A stretch of 64,000 bases of DNA from IMG/VR virus record IMGVR_UViG_3300045988_171858, one strand, 5' to 3'. Shown here piece after piece: positions 50,901 through 58,912 of the stretch; position 1 is the first letter of the stretch, and each line of letters begins with the position of its first letter. This DNA is from a virus. The notes beneath the pieces are model-generated. The model made no database searches, had not been told where the DNA came from, and saw only the letters and a list, made by a program, of their open reading frames with translations. The position numbers were made by a program, and so were the translations under genes.

Positions 50901-51678
50901 CTTGGAAGAAATCCAAAAACTGACAGCTAAGGTTACAGAACTAGAGAAACGACTAGGTTCAACATCCGGTAGCTCAGGACAAGGTTCATCAGCAACTAAT
51001 CCTGCTACAACTCCGTCACAACCTCCAGCGCCTCCAAGAGAACCGGGACCTTCCGTTTCAACAGCAATGAGTCTGGCTTCAGTGGAAGCAAACGCCAATA
51101 AAGTCGAGCTGGGCCATATTGTTATTAAAAGTCTAAACTCCTCTCCTAATAGCGGAGAGCCAGAAGGATGGCAGGGTCTAGTAAAAGAAGTTGATGGACA
51201 CAAATCTATTATCAGCTCCCATACTGGAAATAGCGGATTCAGATATCTTGAAACCGAAGGATTTGCATCTAAAGCCGGAGAGGATAGAGCGTTAGTTATT
51301 CCGTTTAGACTAACTAAAGGTGGAACTGATGGTGGCGCATTTGCCATTACTCCATTGAAAGATAATGCAGTCGCAGTCCCTACATTGCTAACCACAAACG
51401 AGGATAGCGGATTCAAACTTCGCTTCTACGAAGATGTCAAAATAAACGGCAAGAACATTGACCCAGATAAGGTATACGAATACGATAAATGGCATATCGT
51501 AACTATGTCAATCAAAGCTGGAACAGAGTTCAACAAAGTAAGATTCGGCGCTAACCAAAATGCAAATACCATTCGTCTAGTAGCAATTGGCGAAGGAATG
51601 GAATTCATTGAGGGTGATATCTCTAGAATCGGAGAAAAAGCCACAGCGTTGATGACTAAATACGGCGTACAACAATAA
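47956..51678 (+). CDS. tailspike/depolymerase-like protein (coiled coil + right-handed beta-helix-like + TVTITGGG repeats + C-terminal domain)
   Basis: 1240 aa. A/E/K/Q coiled-coil segment at about 48000-48360. Beta-helix-like region at about 49400-50260. GYTSEPTVTITGGG / TPPTVTITGGGGSGATAVATV at about 50281-50480. Pro/Ser linker at about 50950-51060. Confidence 0.55.
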   Translation: MTTPNLDSVTILMAQKIAANKAEQVAIKGEIERVKTSQSESDKKADKALEAIKTAEGKIATAEESLEQVKLKAEEAKQQSSEAKEQIEAAKQSAEAAKQEVAQHKATAEDAKTKAEQAQTKAQEALDAAKEAKSSIVTPTVDITVGQEGDIKVNNKTTGVKVVTPEKVEEEVGKALGSEDSSKKILKSQVEATKSEDHIKAPLRLSLESGIYYIEDALTEDLRNKVMSRYYEPLDKKVEGKNDAREIVRLIQAWYDKVPPHSYISSRGGVFPFTKNKGYKPEYYGADNRSIKRNWDNPQTLVVHGQQPCISFYHSVGNKYDFAKAKFIVEEMGQDAFHLCGNSLDNEIIHGGTILTRAYQEFGYKKGADRDKMLFAPIDGWTKEAPNIGTGMADKGVAEAGFNTTTQRHDIAAYMNNGYEAQDIQQPEGFNKTKIMELLRNGSSLRYMSAGGYFNEQGISEFPQEDGTTSPKWGTWRGQQRGSRGYGWRLFGTKNTIVKNFDVRGMTGGAIVCGLYGTPMGESVDARDSAAAFAAGIVAENTKITGGYFTHNYICGVECIRASGFELTGIYAPDSVVGHPDANLEHTRGIGGGTSLDPGYQQCTSRYLPMDNIYIHDNVFGLGMRKIMDIHTGNNVKIINNVGKAMYYGVSTVIEELFAGKLIKPSDRNSKDIPDPHSFPYQDSNIEVRGNTITSGLFGLHPINGAKGVKVRRDAKKWWLRCHQVWADNIVYAPRGILCNFGHNHYLVENNQFTFALPYGEFYSMRQISGINITNQGSGYTSEPTVTITGGGDEAFDGQASAKIQDGKVVAIRLDRAGSRYDTPPTVTITGGGGSGATAVATVNSHTYGMLIGAETHYGDMLGCVIAKNWIQNSPEGNYARQLVVGSLRGSTLMCNYTDTTPFSSEEKSKLPFGDPYVSKTMKYRDGIGSQGFYGGALNGCEVIGNYEYDQLRQTLTPWIGKNRNGTVHSNYTPTYLQSVLNLEEIQKLTAKVTELEKRLGSTSGSSGQGSSATNPATTPSQPPAPPREPGPSVSTAMSLASVEANANKVELGHIVIKSLNSSPNSGEPEGWQGLVKEVDGHKSIISSHTGNSGFRYLETEGFASKAGEDRALVIPFRLTKGGTDGGAFAITPLKDNAVAVPTLLTTNEDSGFKLRFYEDVKINGKNIDPDKVYEYDKWHIVTMSIKAGTEFNKVRFGANQNANTIRLVAIGEGMEFIEGDISRIGEKATALMTKYGVQQ

Positions 51679-51687
51679 GGCCAGGCA

Positions 51688-51885
51688 ATGGAAAAAGATC
51701 TATTAATCCAACAAATCGAAGATTTAAAACAGCACTGTAGAAATCTTCAGGCAAATATCCAAGAAGCCCTAGATTGGGGAAGTCAAGGAATTGCAATCGC
51801 GCTAATGGATGACCTTCAAGAAGCGGAATCCCAAATTGGTGCTAAAAAACTTTTCCTAGAAGAGCTAGAACAAAAAGGGCAATAA
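51688..51885 (+). CDS. small acidic hypothetical protein
   Basis: 65-aa ORF, coiled-coil-like, tightly spaced. Confidence 0.45.
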   Translation: MEKDLLIQQIEDLKQHCRNLQANIQEALDWGSQGIAIALMDDLQEAESQIGAKKLFLEELEQKGQ

Positions 51886-51888
51886 GCT

Positions 51889-52434
51889 ATGATAGAAACC
51901 ATTACCATCACCGGTACTGGCGAGTCTGTCTATGAAGTTCCTGCAAAAGCAAAACGTGGAACAGTTAAGTCTAAAAACGAGTCTTATCAAGTACAAGAAG
52001 TAGACGGGAGCCTGGACACAAATTCGGGCACCGTCCTTGTATTGATAACACCAGAACTACCAGTAGGTTTCAAACTAGAATTAGAATACGAAATTCCAGA
52101 TACAGAAGCCCTACAAAAAGTAGAAAGAGCAGTCTTCGGAGAACAGATAAAATCCTCTTCTCTAAAAGACATCATCGTTGTCTTAACTAATATCATAGAA
52201 AGACAAAACAACTTAGAAAAACTCTTATACGATAAAGTCGGATACTCAGAGCTAGATGCAGCAGTGCACCCAGTAAAAGAGTCTCTAAGTCTAATCGTAG
52301 AGGACATCAAGTTGCGTCAGCAAACAAAAGAACCGGCCAAAGGAAAAGGTAAAACAACCAAGACCGAAACAACCGGAACATTTGATTTATCTCCTACCGT
52401 AATGAAGAAAGTCGAAGACCTCCTAAACGGATAG
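51889..52434 (+). CDS. hypothetical protein, last gene of plus-strand module
   Basis: 181-aa ORF ending 12 nt before the terminator hairpin. Confidence 0.5.
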   Translation: MIETITITGTGESVYEVPAKAKRGTVKSKNESYQVQEVDGSLDTNSGTVLVLITPELPVGFKLELEYEIPDTEALQKVERAVFGEQIKSSSLKDIIVVLTNIIERQNNLEKLLYDKVGYSELDAAVHPVKESLSLIVEDIKLRQQTKEPAKGKGKTTKTETTGTFDLSPTVMKKVEDLLNG

Positions 52435-52445
52435 GCAAAACAAAA

Positions 52446-52471
52446 CCCCGGCACCAATTAAGGTGTCGGGG
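52446..52471. terminator. bidirectional intrinsic terminator between convergent modules
   Basis: CCCCGGCACC-AATTAA-GGTGTCGGGG, 10 bp with one G-U on the + strand. Flanked by ATATTTTTA on the + strand and TTTTGTTTTG on the - strand. Confidence 0.6.
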
Positions 52472-52480
52472 ATATTTTTA

Positions 52481-53194
52481 TTACTGATACAAAGCTTTGT
52501 TGTACGTATCCGCGGTGAAATATTTTAAAGGGTCCAATCGTCCAGTAAGGCCTTTGCCTGGATGTTGGGAAGTTCTCACCTCAAAGTGCAAATGAGAACC
52601 CTCGGCCATATTCCGCATTGTCCTAGCATTTCCAGAAGAGCCGGTAAGGGCAACAACGTCACCAGCCTTAACTCTCTGCCCCTCTTTGACAAGAATGTCT
52701 TTAAGGTGTGCATACGCAACATACAGTCCACGGTCAAGCTTAATAATAAGCATACGTCCATAACCATTGTCATCAGTAGTTTTAACAAAAGACACTACAC
52801 CATCATCGACAGCATAACATCTATAGTTATTAGGCACAGCAAGATCAACACCCTGATGTGCCCGAGTACCTCCATTACGAACCATACCAAAACCAGCAGA
52901 ACGAACAGAAGCTAACTTAGCAGTTCTAAGAACATTGAAACCATGTTTTAGGGGCTGAAATTTAAATCCGCCCGGCAATGGGTCATAATTGCTCTCAGAA
53001 GGCTTTTGAACCACAGGTAATGGTTTTGTATTAGCAGGAGTAGAAACGCTCTCTACGGCCGTTTTTGGAGCCTCTACGGGTACTTCGTCTACTTCGTCAA
53101 AAGAATCTTCTTCTAGTCTGTATGGAACTTTAACATTGGTGGTTTTTTGGTCAGGCTGATTTAATAGCCCTCCAATAAGATTGAAAATATTCAT
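52481..53194 (-). CDS. peptidase M23 family protein (candidate endolysin)
   Basis: HQGVDLAV...YGRMLIIKL...YAHL...GSSGNA...GSHLHFEV, the LytM/M23 HxxxD and HxH motifs. Confidence 0.8.
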   Translation of the reverse strand: MNIFNLIGGLLNQPDQKTTNVKVPYRLEEDSFDEVDEVPVEAPKTAVESVSTPANTKPLPVVQKPSESNYDPLPGGFKFQPLKHGFNVLRTAKLASVRSAGFGMVRNGGTRAHQGVDLAVPNNYRCYAVDDGVVSFVKTTDDNGYGRMLIIKLDRGLYVAYAHLKDILVKEGQRVKAGDVVALTGSSGNARTMRNMAEGSHLHFEVRTSQHPGKGLTGRLDPLKYFTADTYNKALYQ

Positions 53195-53220
53195 AGGCTT
53201 TATCCTTATGTGACCTAGGG

Positions 53221-53946
53221 TTAATCCCAGGTATGAAATTTACTAATGAATTCTGCAGCAAGTGGCAAAGCCGGGTCGTACATACAGTCATCTATTTCAT
53301 ATGATACCACATCTGGTACATCATCGAAGCCTATGGTTTCCCGCCTCCATATAAGAGAGTCGTAAACGGGCCCTCTTCTAAGGAAATCTCTAAATTCGTA
53401 CTCCAGACAATCCGGGAATTGATTGATGAAGAATGTTCCGAATTTAAATTTTGCGTCATGATTATACTTTGGCAAAGACCAGGTCATAAACTTGTTGAGG
53501 GCATTATTCCAAAGTGTCGGCCAGTTATCCTCGAGGATGGACCAATAACGGGCGTTCAATTTGAAATGTATCCTCAACTCAAGTCTAAACAGAATATCAT
53601 CCCTTATCATCTGATAAGAACCTTTCCATTCTTCCCTGAATACTTTGTCAAAGACAAGGTAGGACCTCGTTAATCTTGACATTATCCGGTTCATCTTTAC
53701 GGTATTCTTAAGTCCCATACTCAACTCTTCAGGAGTAAAGTCGGCAAGCTCATTAACCATAGAAGATTTAAAAACCAGCTCATCTCCAATAGGCTTATCT
53801 AGCCCCTTTTCGATTCTGGCTATCCTAGCTTTACGGCGCTTTTGTCTACGTTTCTCAAATCGACTTTGCACCCGGTAATATGCAGACCAGTCAGTAACAT
53901 ACGGAATTTGTCCGTCGTATTGACCTTCAAGGACTACATTACTCAT
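53221..53946 (-). CDS. hypothetical protein
   Basis: 241-aa ORF with a basic RRQKRRKARIARIEKG segment. Confidence 0.55.
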   Translation of the reverse strand: MSNVVLEGQYDGQIPYVTDWSAYYRVQSRFEKRRQKRRKARIARIEKGLDKPIGDELVFKSSMVNELADFTPEELSMGLKNTVKMNRIMSRLTRSYLVFDKVFREEWKGSYQMIRDDILFRLELRIHFKLNARYWSILEDNWPTLWNNALNKFMTWSLPKYNHDAKFKFGTFFINQFPDCLEYEFRDFLRRGPVYDSLIWRRETIGFDDVPDVVSYEIDDCMYDPALPLAAEFISKFHTWD

Positions 53947-54113
53947 AACTTCATAAAGCTAGCTAATGATGCCATAGGGTTCTTGCCATAATTGCGTTGA
54001 AAGGTTTTCTCTTTACGAGTAAGCAAATCCAATGCAAAGTTGACAATTCTTTTAGCTAGAATAAGCATACTTTGGAATGCTAAGATTCCAAGAAACTTAG
54101 AGAGTGACAACAT
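53943..54113 (-). CDS. small hydrophobic protein (weak)
   Basis: ATG at 54113 (the ORF-track start at 54125 is TTG). MLSLSKFLGILAFQSMLILA is TM-like. ATGA overlap with the downstream gene. Confidence 0.3.
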   Translation of the reverse strand: MLSLSKFLGILAFQSMLILAKRIVNFALDLLTRKEKTFQRNYGKNPMASLASFMKL

Positions 54114-54148
54114 AAATAATACCAAGGATTGCTTTTGCTTATATCTTT

Positions 54149-54400
54149 CTATGCTAATTTTGAAAGGCGAATCCTATAACCTTCTAAATCAGTTTGGGCC
54201 GAGAGGACAGGCTCAATTCGGAACTCATAACCGCAGCATCTATCATAACCGGTTATAAAATTCATATCCGCAGCGGGGTTCCAGGCCAGCTTCAAATCCC
54301 ATTCAAGAGGAGTGCCACAAATATGGCAACAACTCAAAAGCGCTTCTTCTATTGTATCGAATATAGCGCCATCTTCGGCATCCGCATAAATAGCATTCAT
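54149..54400 (-). CDS. small Cys-rich hypothetical protein
   Basis: 83 aa with CCHIC and CC clusters. Overlaps the dNMP kinase stop by 4 nt. Confidence 0.45.
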   Translation of the reverse strand: MNAIYADAEDGAIFDTIEEALLSCCHICGTPLEWDLKLAWNPAADMNFITGYDRCCGYEFRIEPVLSAQTDLEGYRIRLSKLA

Positions 54401-54963
54401 GCAGACACCATAGATTCAAAAATTTCTTTAAGAGAAACCAGATAACGAGCTGAAAAGTCATTTTCCAATTCAATGACACCTTCTACTTCATCTTCGATTC
54501 CCCATTCTGATGCGTGTTCAGAAAACTTAGACTTATTATGTTTATCTTTAACAGCGGTAATATTAATTACTTTGCCGCCATTGTTAATAACATAATCACG
54601 CTCATTGTCAAATCTAATATCAGAGATAATGACAATATCGAAATCAGAATAGCGTTCTGAAATTCTTTTATCCAGGACTTTAACCCAGATATCTTCAGAC
54701 ACCATATGTCTGCCCCAGTCAGTACCAAGGCTCTGGAGAATCTCTCTTAAAGAAATTCCAAAACCGTCTATTGGGTCTTCTTTACTACCACGACGATAAA
54801 TATCATCAACATCAAAAATAGGTCTAACCATATCTCTAACTGCATCAGCAAAAGCAACCTTTGCAATCTTCAGGTTAGGATATTCTTGAATAATATGGTC
54901 GGCTGAAAAGTCTTTGCCACTATGGGCCTTTCCAGCGAAGCCCAATAAAAACGGTTTCTTCAT
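54397..54963 (-). CDS. deoxynucleoside monophosphate kinase (T4 gp1-like)
   Basis: P-loop GFAGKAHSGKD. LQSLGTDWGR...WVKVL...SDIRFDNE...SEHASE resembles the T4 gp1 pattern (SGVKRSGKD, LMQALGTD, DTRQDHE, THITE). Confidence 0.7.
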   Translation of the reverse strand: MKKPFLLGFAGKAHSGKDFSADHIIQEYPNLKIAKVAFADAVRDMVRPIFDVDDIYRRGSKEDPIDGFGISLREILQSLGTDWGRHMVSEDIWVKVLDKRISERYSDFDIVIISDIRFDNERDYVINNGGKVINITAVKDKHNKSKFSEHASEWGIEDEVEGVIELENDFSARYLVSLKEIFESMVSA

Positions 54964-54976
54964 TATTATTATTACC

Positions 54977-55396
54977 TTATTTGGATTTAGAAAGAATTTT
55001 TTCTTCCAAATCGAAAATATCCAAAATACCTAGGCGACAATACAGTTCTGCATAAACCTGAAGATTTTGGAAATCTTCTTTAGTTACCTGCTTGCAGAAT
55101 TCAGAAATGGCATCAGTAACTCTGGCATCTGCCTGTTCTAGGCGCCAAATATATGCAAAGCCTATCCTTTCGGCAACATACCGGTTATACTCTCTAATCA
55201 TCTTTCGAGGGTCGTTTAGGATGTCAGGATTTGCATAGTGAATACCATTAGATCTAATAAGGTCTCTTAATACCTCTTCTGCAGTTCGGGCCGGAATAGA
55301 ATACCCCTCAGAAATTACGCGAACAGCATCTAGATGAAATTTAGGATCATCAGAAATGGCGGCCCTTAATTCTTTTAAGAGTGTTTCTTTTGACAT
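54977..55396 (-). CDS. hypothetical protein
   Basis: 139-aa ORF in the operon. Confidence 0.5.
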   Translation of the reverse strand: MSKETLLKELRAAISDDPKFHLDAVRVISEGYSIPARTAEEVLRDLIRSNGIHYANPDILNDPRKMIREYNRYVAERIGFAYIWRLEQADARVTDAISEFCKQVTKEDFQNLQVYAELYCRLGILDIFDLEEKILSKSK

Positions 55397-55404
55397 TTTT
55401 AATC

Positions 55405-55614
55405 CTATTTAATAGGGTGTCCTTCTACGGCTACAATCTTGCAGAATCCCCATGTATCATCTACTTCGATATCTACATTAATAGCGCCGAAAGCAGAACG
55501 TATTGCATCTTGTTGCTCCTCATTAAACATAAGGGCACAATGGTCCAAAGGAGGTATTTCTCCTTCTTCTTCTATTTTGTATCTGCATCTTACTAGCATG
55601 TTAATCCTTAGCAA
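55405..55614 (-). CDS. small hypothetical protein
   Basis: 69-aa ORF, correct strand, tight spacing. Confidence 0.4.
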   Translation of the reverse strand: MLRINMLVRCRYKIEEEGEIPPLDHCALMFNEEQQDAIRSAFGAINVDIEVDDTWGFCKIVAVEGHPIK

Positions 55615-55636
55615 TAATGTAGCCGTATAAAACTAT

Positions 55637-55999
55637 TTAACCGATAAGAGCTTGGAACATTTGAATAAGCTCAGAAGCTTTACGCTTAGATTTACGAGCG
55701 TCAAGGTGTTCCTGATGGGCTTGAAGTACACTCGCTTTAGATCGGCGAACTTCTTTTTTATTTTCTGCTTCATCAAGAATTCCAGCCAATGTAATAGCAC
55801 CGATAAGCTTCAGAAACTCTTCAAACTCTTTTTGCTCATCGTCTTCACATTCAAAGGTTTCGGTTGGAATAACTTCTACAGGCTCGTCATCTTGGACTGA
55901 ACGCAAATAACCCAGTCCGTCAATAGCTTTACTTCTTTCAGCAGCTCGATGTGCTGCTAGGATTTTGGCGATATCGCCAGGGGAAACGTTACGAATCAT
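55637..55999 (-). CDS. hypothetical protein
   Basis: 120-aa ORF with a TAATG overlap with the nrdA stop. Confidence 0.45.
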   Translation of the reverse strand: MIRNVSPGDIAKILAAHRAAERSKAIDGLGYLRSVQDDEPVEVIPTETFECEDDEQKEFEEFLKLIGAITLAGILDEAENKKEVRRSKASVLQAHQEHLDARKSKRKASELIQMFQALIG

Positions 56000-57441
56000 T
56001 ATAGTTTACACGCTACACAATCGTCTTCATCGTCTGTGTGAGAATCATCAGGAACTTCGGTTACATTGCCTTCCATAATGTCGGAAGATTGACCATCATA
56101 ATTGTTATTATAATACATGGTCTTACCTCCCAATAGATAATGGAGATAAATGTCCCAAGATACAACAGATGCGGGCACCTTGTTGTTCGGATAATTCTGT
56201 TTGTTATAATACGTATTAACAGAAATAGCTTGGTCAGTATATCTCTGAATAACAGCATAAGTTTTAATTAGCGCCTCATTAGACGTATGATCCCAAATGC
56301 GGTCATACTTATCTTTAAGCCGCGCCAATTCAGGCACTACGAATTTAGCCTGTCTATTCTTGCCGCCCTTAGAAATAATCAATTCCCGTATTGGCTCAAT
56401 ACCATTGGTAGTACCAGAACCAGAAATCTTAGCACTCGTTTCAGCAGGGAACATAGCAATCATAGAAGCATTTCTAACACCGTACTTAGCAATTCTAGCA
56501 CGGAGACTAGTCCAATCTAATTTCTCTTCATAATTAAACAAAGAGTCATACATAGGAGTAGTCATATCTTTTGGAAGTTTACCTTCCGCCCATCGAGTAT
56601 CAGCGTATGCATCACAAGCACCGCGCTCTTCAGCAAGGCTAACAGAAGCACTAATAACTCCATAAGAGAAATATTGCATCCATTCGTCTAACAGTTCATA
56701 GCAATTGGAATATTTCTTATCATTCTTAGCTAACCAATATGCAAGACCTGTAATACCAATACCAATAGGTCTAAACAATCTATTATGTTCCTCGGCCGCC
56801 GGGAAAGGATGCTCTTGGAAATCTAACAAATTGTCAACAGCACGCATAGTTACATAAGCTACACGAGCCAAATCTTTAGGGTCATCAAAAGCCCCAAAGT
56901 TAATACCACTCAAGTTACACAGAGCAATCAATCCGTCCTGCTTATATGTCTTACTTACAGGGTCATAAGTTCGCGTAAGTCCTTGAGTTGGAAGAACAAT
57001 CTCAGCACACAAATTAGATTGTTTAATCGGATATCTGTCCGTATTGTACATAGAATGACGGTTAATATTATCCGCAAATCCTACATACACTCGACCAGTG
57101 CCGAATCTTTCTTCCACCAATAGGTCCATAAGGTGTCGGGCATTAATAGTACCAACAGCCTCGCCTTTATTCATGGCTCTGGTGTAAGCATCATAAAAAT
57201 GAGAGTCAGAACAGCTAGAATAAAAAGCATCGTAAACCTCTTTGGAGATATGCGGGGAGAACAGGCCAATATCCCTATTTTCCGCCGCGGCCTTAAGCAT
57301 AAAGCCGTTTAAGAATATAGAATGGTCAGAATGTTTCATAGACTCAGAATCCTTCTTCATATTATTTTTATAAAGAAGAGTTTCTTCGATGTCTGGATGT
57401 AGACCCCACCAGTTGAATGTCAATGAGCCCTTCCTGATGCC
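55999..57441 (-). CDS. nrdA: ribonucleotide reductase class I alpha subunit, exon 2
   Basis: GIRKGS...NLCAEIVLPT...PIGIGITGLA catalytic-core motifs. Joining it to exon 1 restores ...SCSQG|GIRKGS (the canonical QGGxRxG). Confidence 0.85.
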   Translation of the reverse strand, partial: GIRKGSLTFNWWGLHPDIEETLLYKNNMKKDSESMKHSDHSIFLNGFMLKAAAENRDIGLFSPHISKEVYDAFYSSCSDSHFYDAYTRAMNKGEAVGTINARHLMDLLVEERFGTGRVYVGFADNINRHSMYNTDRYPIKQSNLCAEIVLPTQGLTRTYDPVSKTYKQDGLIALCNLSGINFGAFDDPKDLARVAYVTMRAVDNLLDFQEHPFPAAEEHNRLFRPIGIGITGLAYWLAKNDKKYSNCYELLDEWMQYFSYGVISASVSLAEERGACDAYADTRWAEGKLPKDMTTPMYDSLFNYEEKLDWTSLRARIAKYGVRNASMIAMFPAETSAKISGSGTTNGIEPIRELIISKGGKNRQAKFVVPELARLKDKYDRIWDHTSNEALIKTYAVIQRYTDQAISVNTYYNKQNYPNNKVPASVVSWDIYLHYLLGGKTMYYNNNYDGQSSDIMEGNVTEVPDDSHTDDEDDCVACKL

Positions 57442-57708
57442 CAAATATGTTCAGTATCGTTCGCAAATCGACACCCGGGATTATACCCAGCTCTATATCA
57501 CTATAGAGTTCAGACTATATCTTCATCCGTATTAAACGGAGCGTAACATTTCGAACGCCATAAGCTTGCGTCCTACGCCTCTCGGCTAGTCGTTGAACCT
57601 TGAATCCATAAAAGGAAACCTTGGCTGCTGATTGTCTCGTATGTTGAGAGTTCCCAGCAATTAATTACGTTTGCTATTGTATATTACTATACAAAGGGGC
57701 AGTCATTT
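57442..57708 (-). ncRNA. ORF-less group I-like self-splicing intron in nrdA
   Basis: The 5' exon ends in U (57709) and the intron ends in G (57442). GGGU can pair with GCCC 8 nt into the intron (P1-like). GNRA-capped hairpins UUGUAUA-GUAA-UAUACAA and CUCUAUA-GUGA-UAUAGAG are present. No ORF. Confidence 0.65.
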
Positions 57709-58596
57709 ACCCTGGCTACAAGAAAGTGCACTATACTCGATAGATTTAGCATGATAAAGAGCTCCACTGTTTACAGCAGCACCATTTCTGATTGATGCAT
57801 TGCGCTCTCTTAATTTGGATGAACCAATACCAAGGCCCGCGCCCAGTGTTGCATATTTACGGGCAGCAGTTGCCGCTTCGCCAATCGAATCGATAGAATC
57901 ATCAGTTTCAATCAGGACACATGAACTAAAACTACGAGTAGGTTTCCTCAAATTTGCAATATGAGGAGTGGGAACATTTACCCGGCCAAGAGACATATTG
58001 TCATAATGCTCTTTAACAAAGCTTAGACGATCTGTATAAGCATCGCCTTTATCGTTGATAAAGTACATCATAGCTGCAACCATATACGAAACTTGTGGAG
58101 TCTCGTAATATTCTTTGGTTTTAGCATTCTTGGCTAAGTATTTAGCTTCCCATTCAACCGCGCCGGAGATAGAATACATCATATCCCTATTGTGGTCTAT
58201 TTGTTTATTCAGCCATTCAATTTCTTCTTCAGAATACTTCTCAAGAATAATCTTGTCATAAACACCAAGCTCTGTATTGTGTTTAATAATTTCATGTAAA
58301 TGTTTAGGCTCAAAATCACCATAAACATATTTGCGCATATTACAAAGCAAGATGCGGCCGGCAACAATAGCATAATCAGGATGCTCTTCATCAATCAAAT
58401 TGTTAGCACTGGTTAACAATGCCCCATTGATTTCTTCGGTAGTGATCCCATCGTAAAACATAATGTTGCTATTGACAGCAATTTCAGAAACAGAAACGTT
58501 GTCTAATCCTGCACATACAAAACCAAGAAAGGAATTGATACGTTCAGGGTTATAAGGGACAACGTCACCGTTACGTTTGGTAACGTTGAATCCCAT
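57709..58596 (-). CDS. nrdA: ribonucleotide reductase class I alpha subunit, exon 1 (ATP-cone N-terminus)
   Basis: MGFNVTKRNGDVVPYNPERI is ATP-cone-like. The FSSCVLIE motif is present. If read without splicing, the frame runs into a TGA 6 nt past the splice site. Confidence 0.85.
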
Positions 58597-58597
58597 A

Positions 58598-58912
58598 TTA
58601 AGCCTCTTCCAAGTTCAGTGCCTTAACAAGCTCTACAACTTTAGCACGGAGGTCTTTAAATTCTACATGCTCATAAGAGCCTGTATCATCACGATCAATG
58701 AAGATTTGAGGAACAGAACGAGGTTCAGGTTTTCCCATTTCTTCGAATCGTTTTTTCAGTTCTTCCATTTCTGTTTTACCGGCATCAACATAAGTCTTTT
58801 CAAAATAGAATCGCTTATGCTTGTCGATATATTTGGTACCCAGGCCCTCCAGAATGGCAGTAGCCTGAACACATTGCGGGCAATTGGATTTGGAATAAAT
58901 CAAAACCTTCAT
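58598..58912 (-). CDS. glutaredoxin/NrdH-like redoxin
   Basis: CPQC active site at residues 11-14 and a VPQIF cis-Pro motif. Located between nrdB and nrdA. Confidence 0.75.
   Translation of the reverse strand: MKVLIYSKSNCPQCVQATAILEGLGTKYIDKHKRFYFEKTYVDAGKTEMEELKKRFEEMGKPEPRSVPQIFIDRDDTGSYEHVEFKDLRAKVVELVKALNLEEA

Noticed and set aside
50868-51416. 182-aa minus-strand ORF inside the tailspike gene
   Set aside because: It is antisense to a long uninterrupted + strand ORF in a module that is otherwise entirely + strand.
57442-57708. Homing endonuclease ORF inside the nrdA intron
   Set aside because: No ORF of meaningful length exists in either orientation within the 267 nt. The intron appears to be a minimal ribozyme.
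55999-58596. nrdA as a pseudogene disrupted by a frameshift or stop
   Set aside because: Both halves keep intact conserved motifs. The 267-nt insert has U and G splice-boundary nucleotides, and its removal restores the QGGxRxG motif in frame. An intron (or a functional split gene) explains this better than decay.
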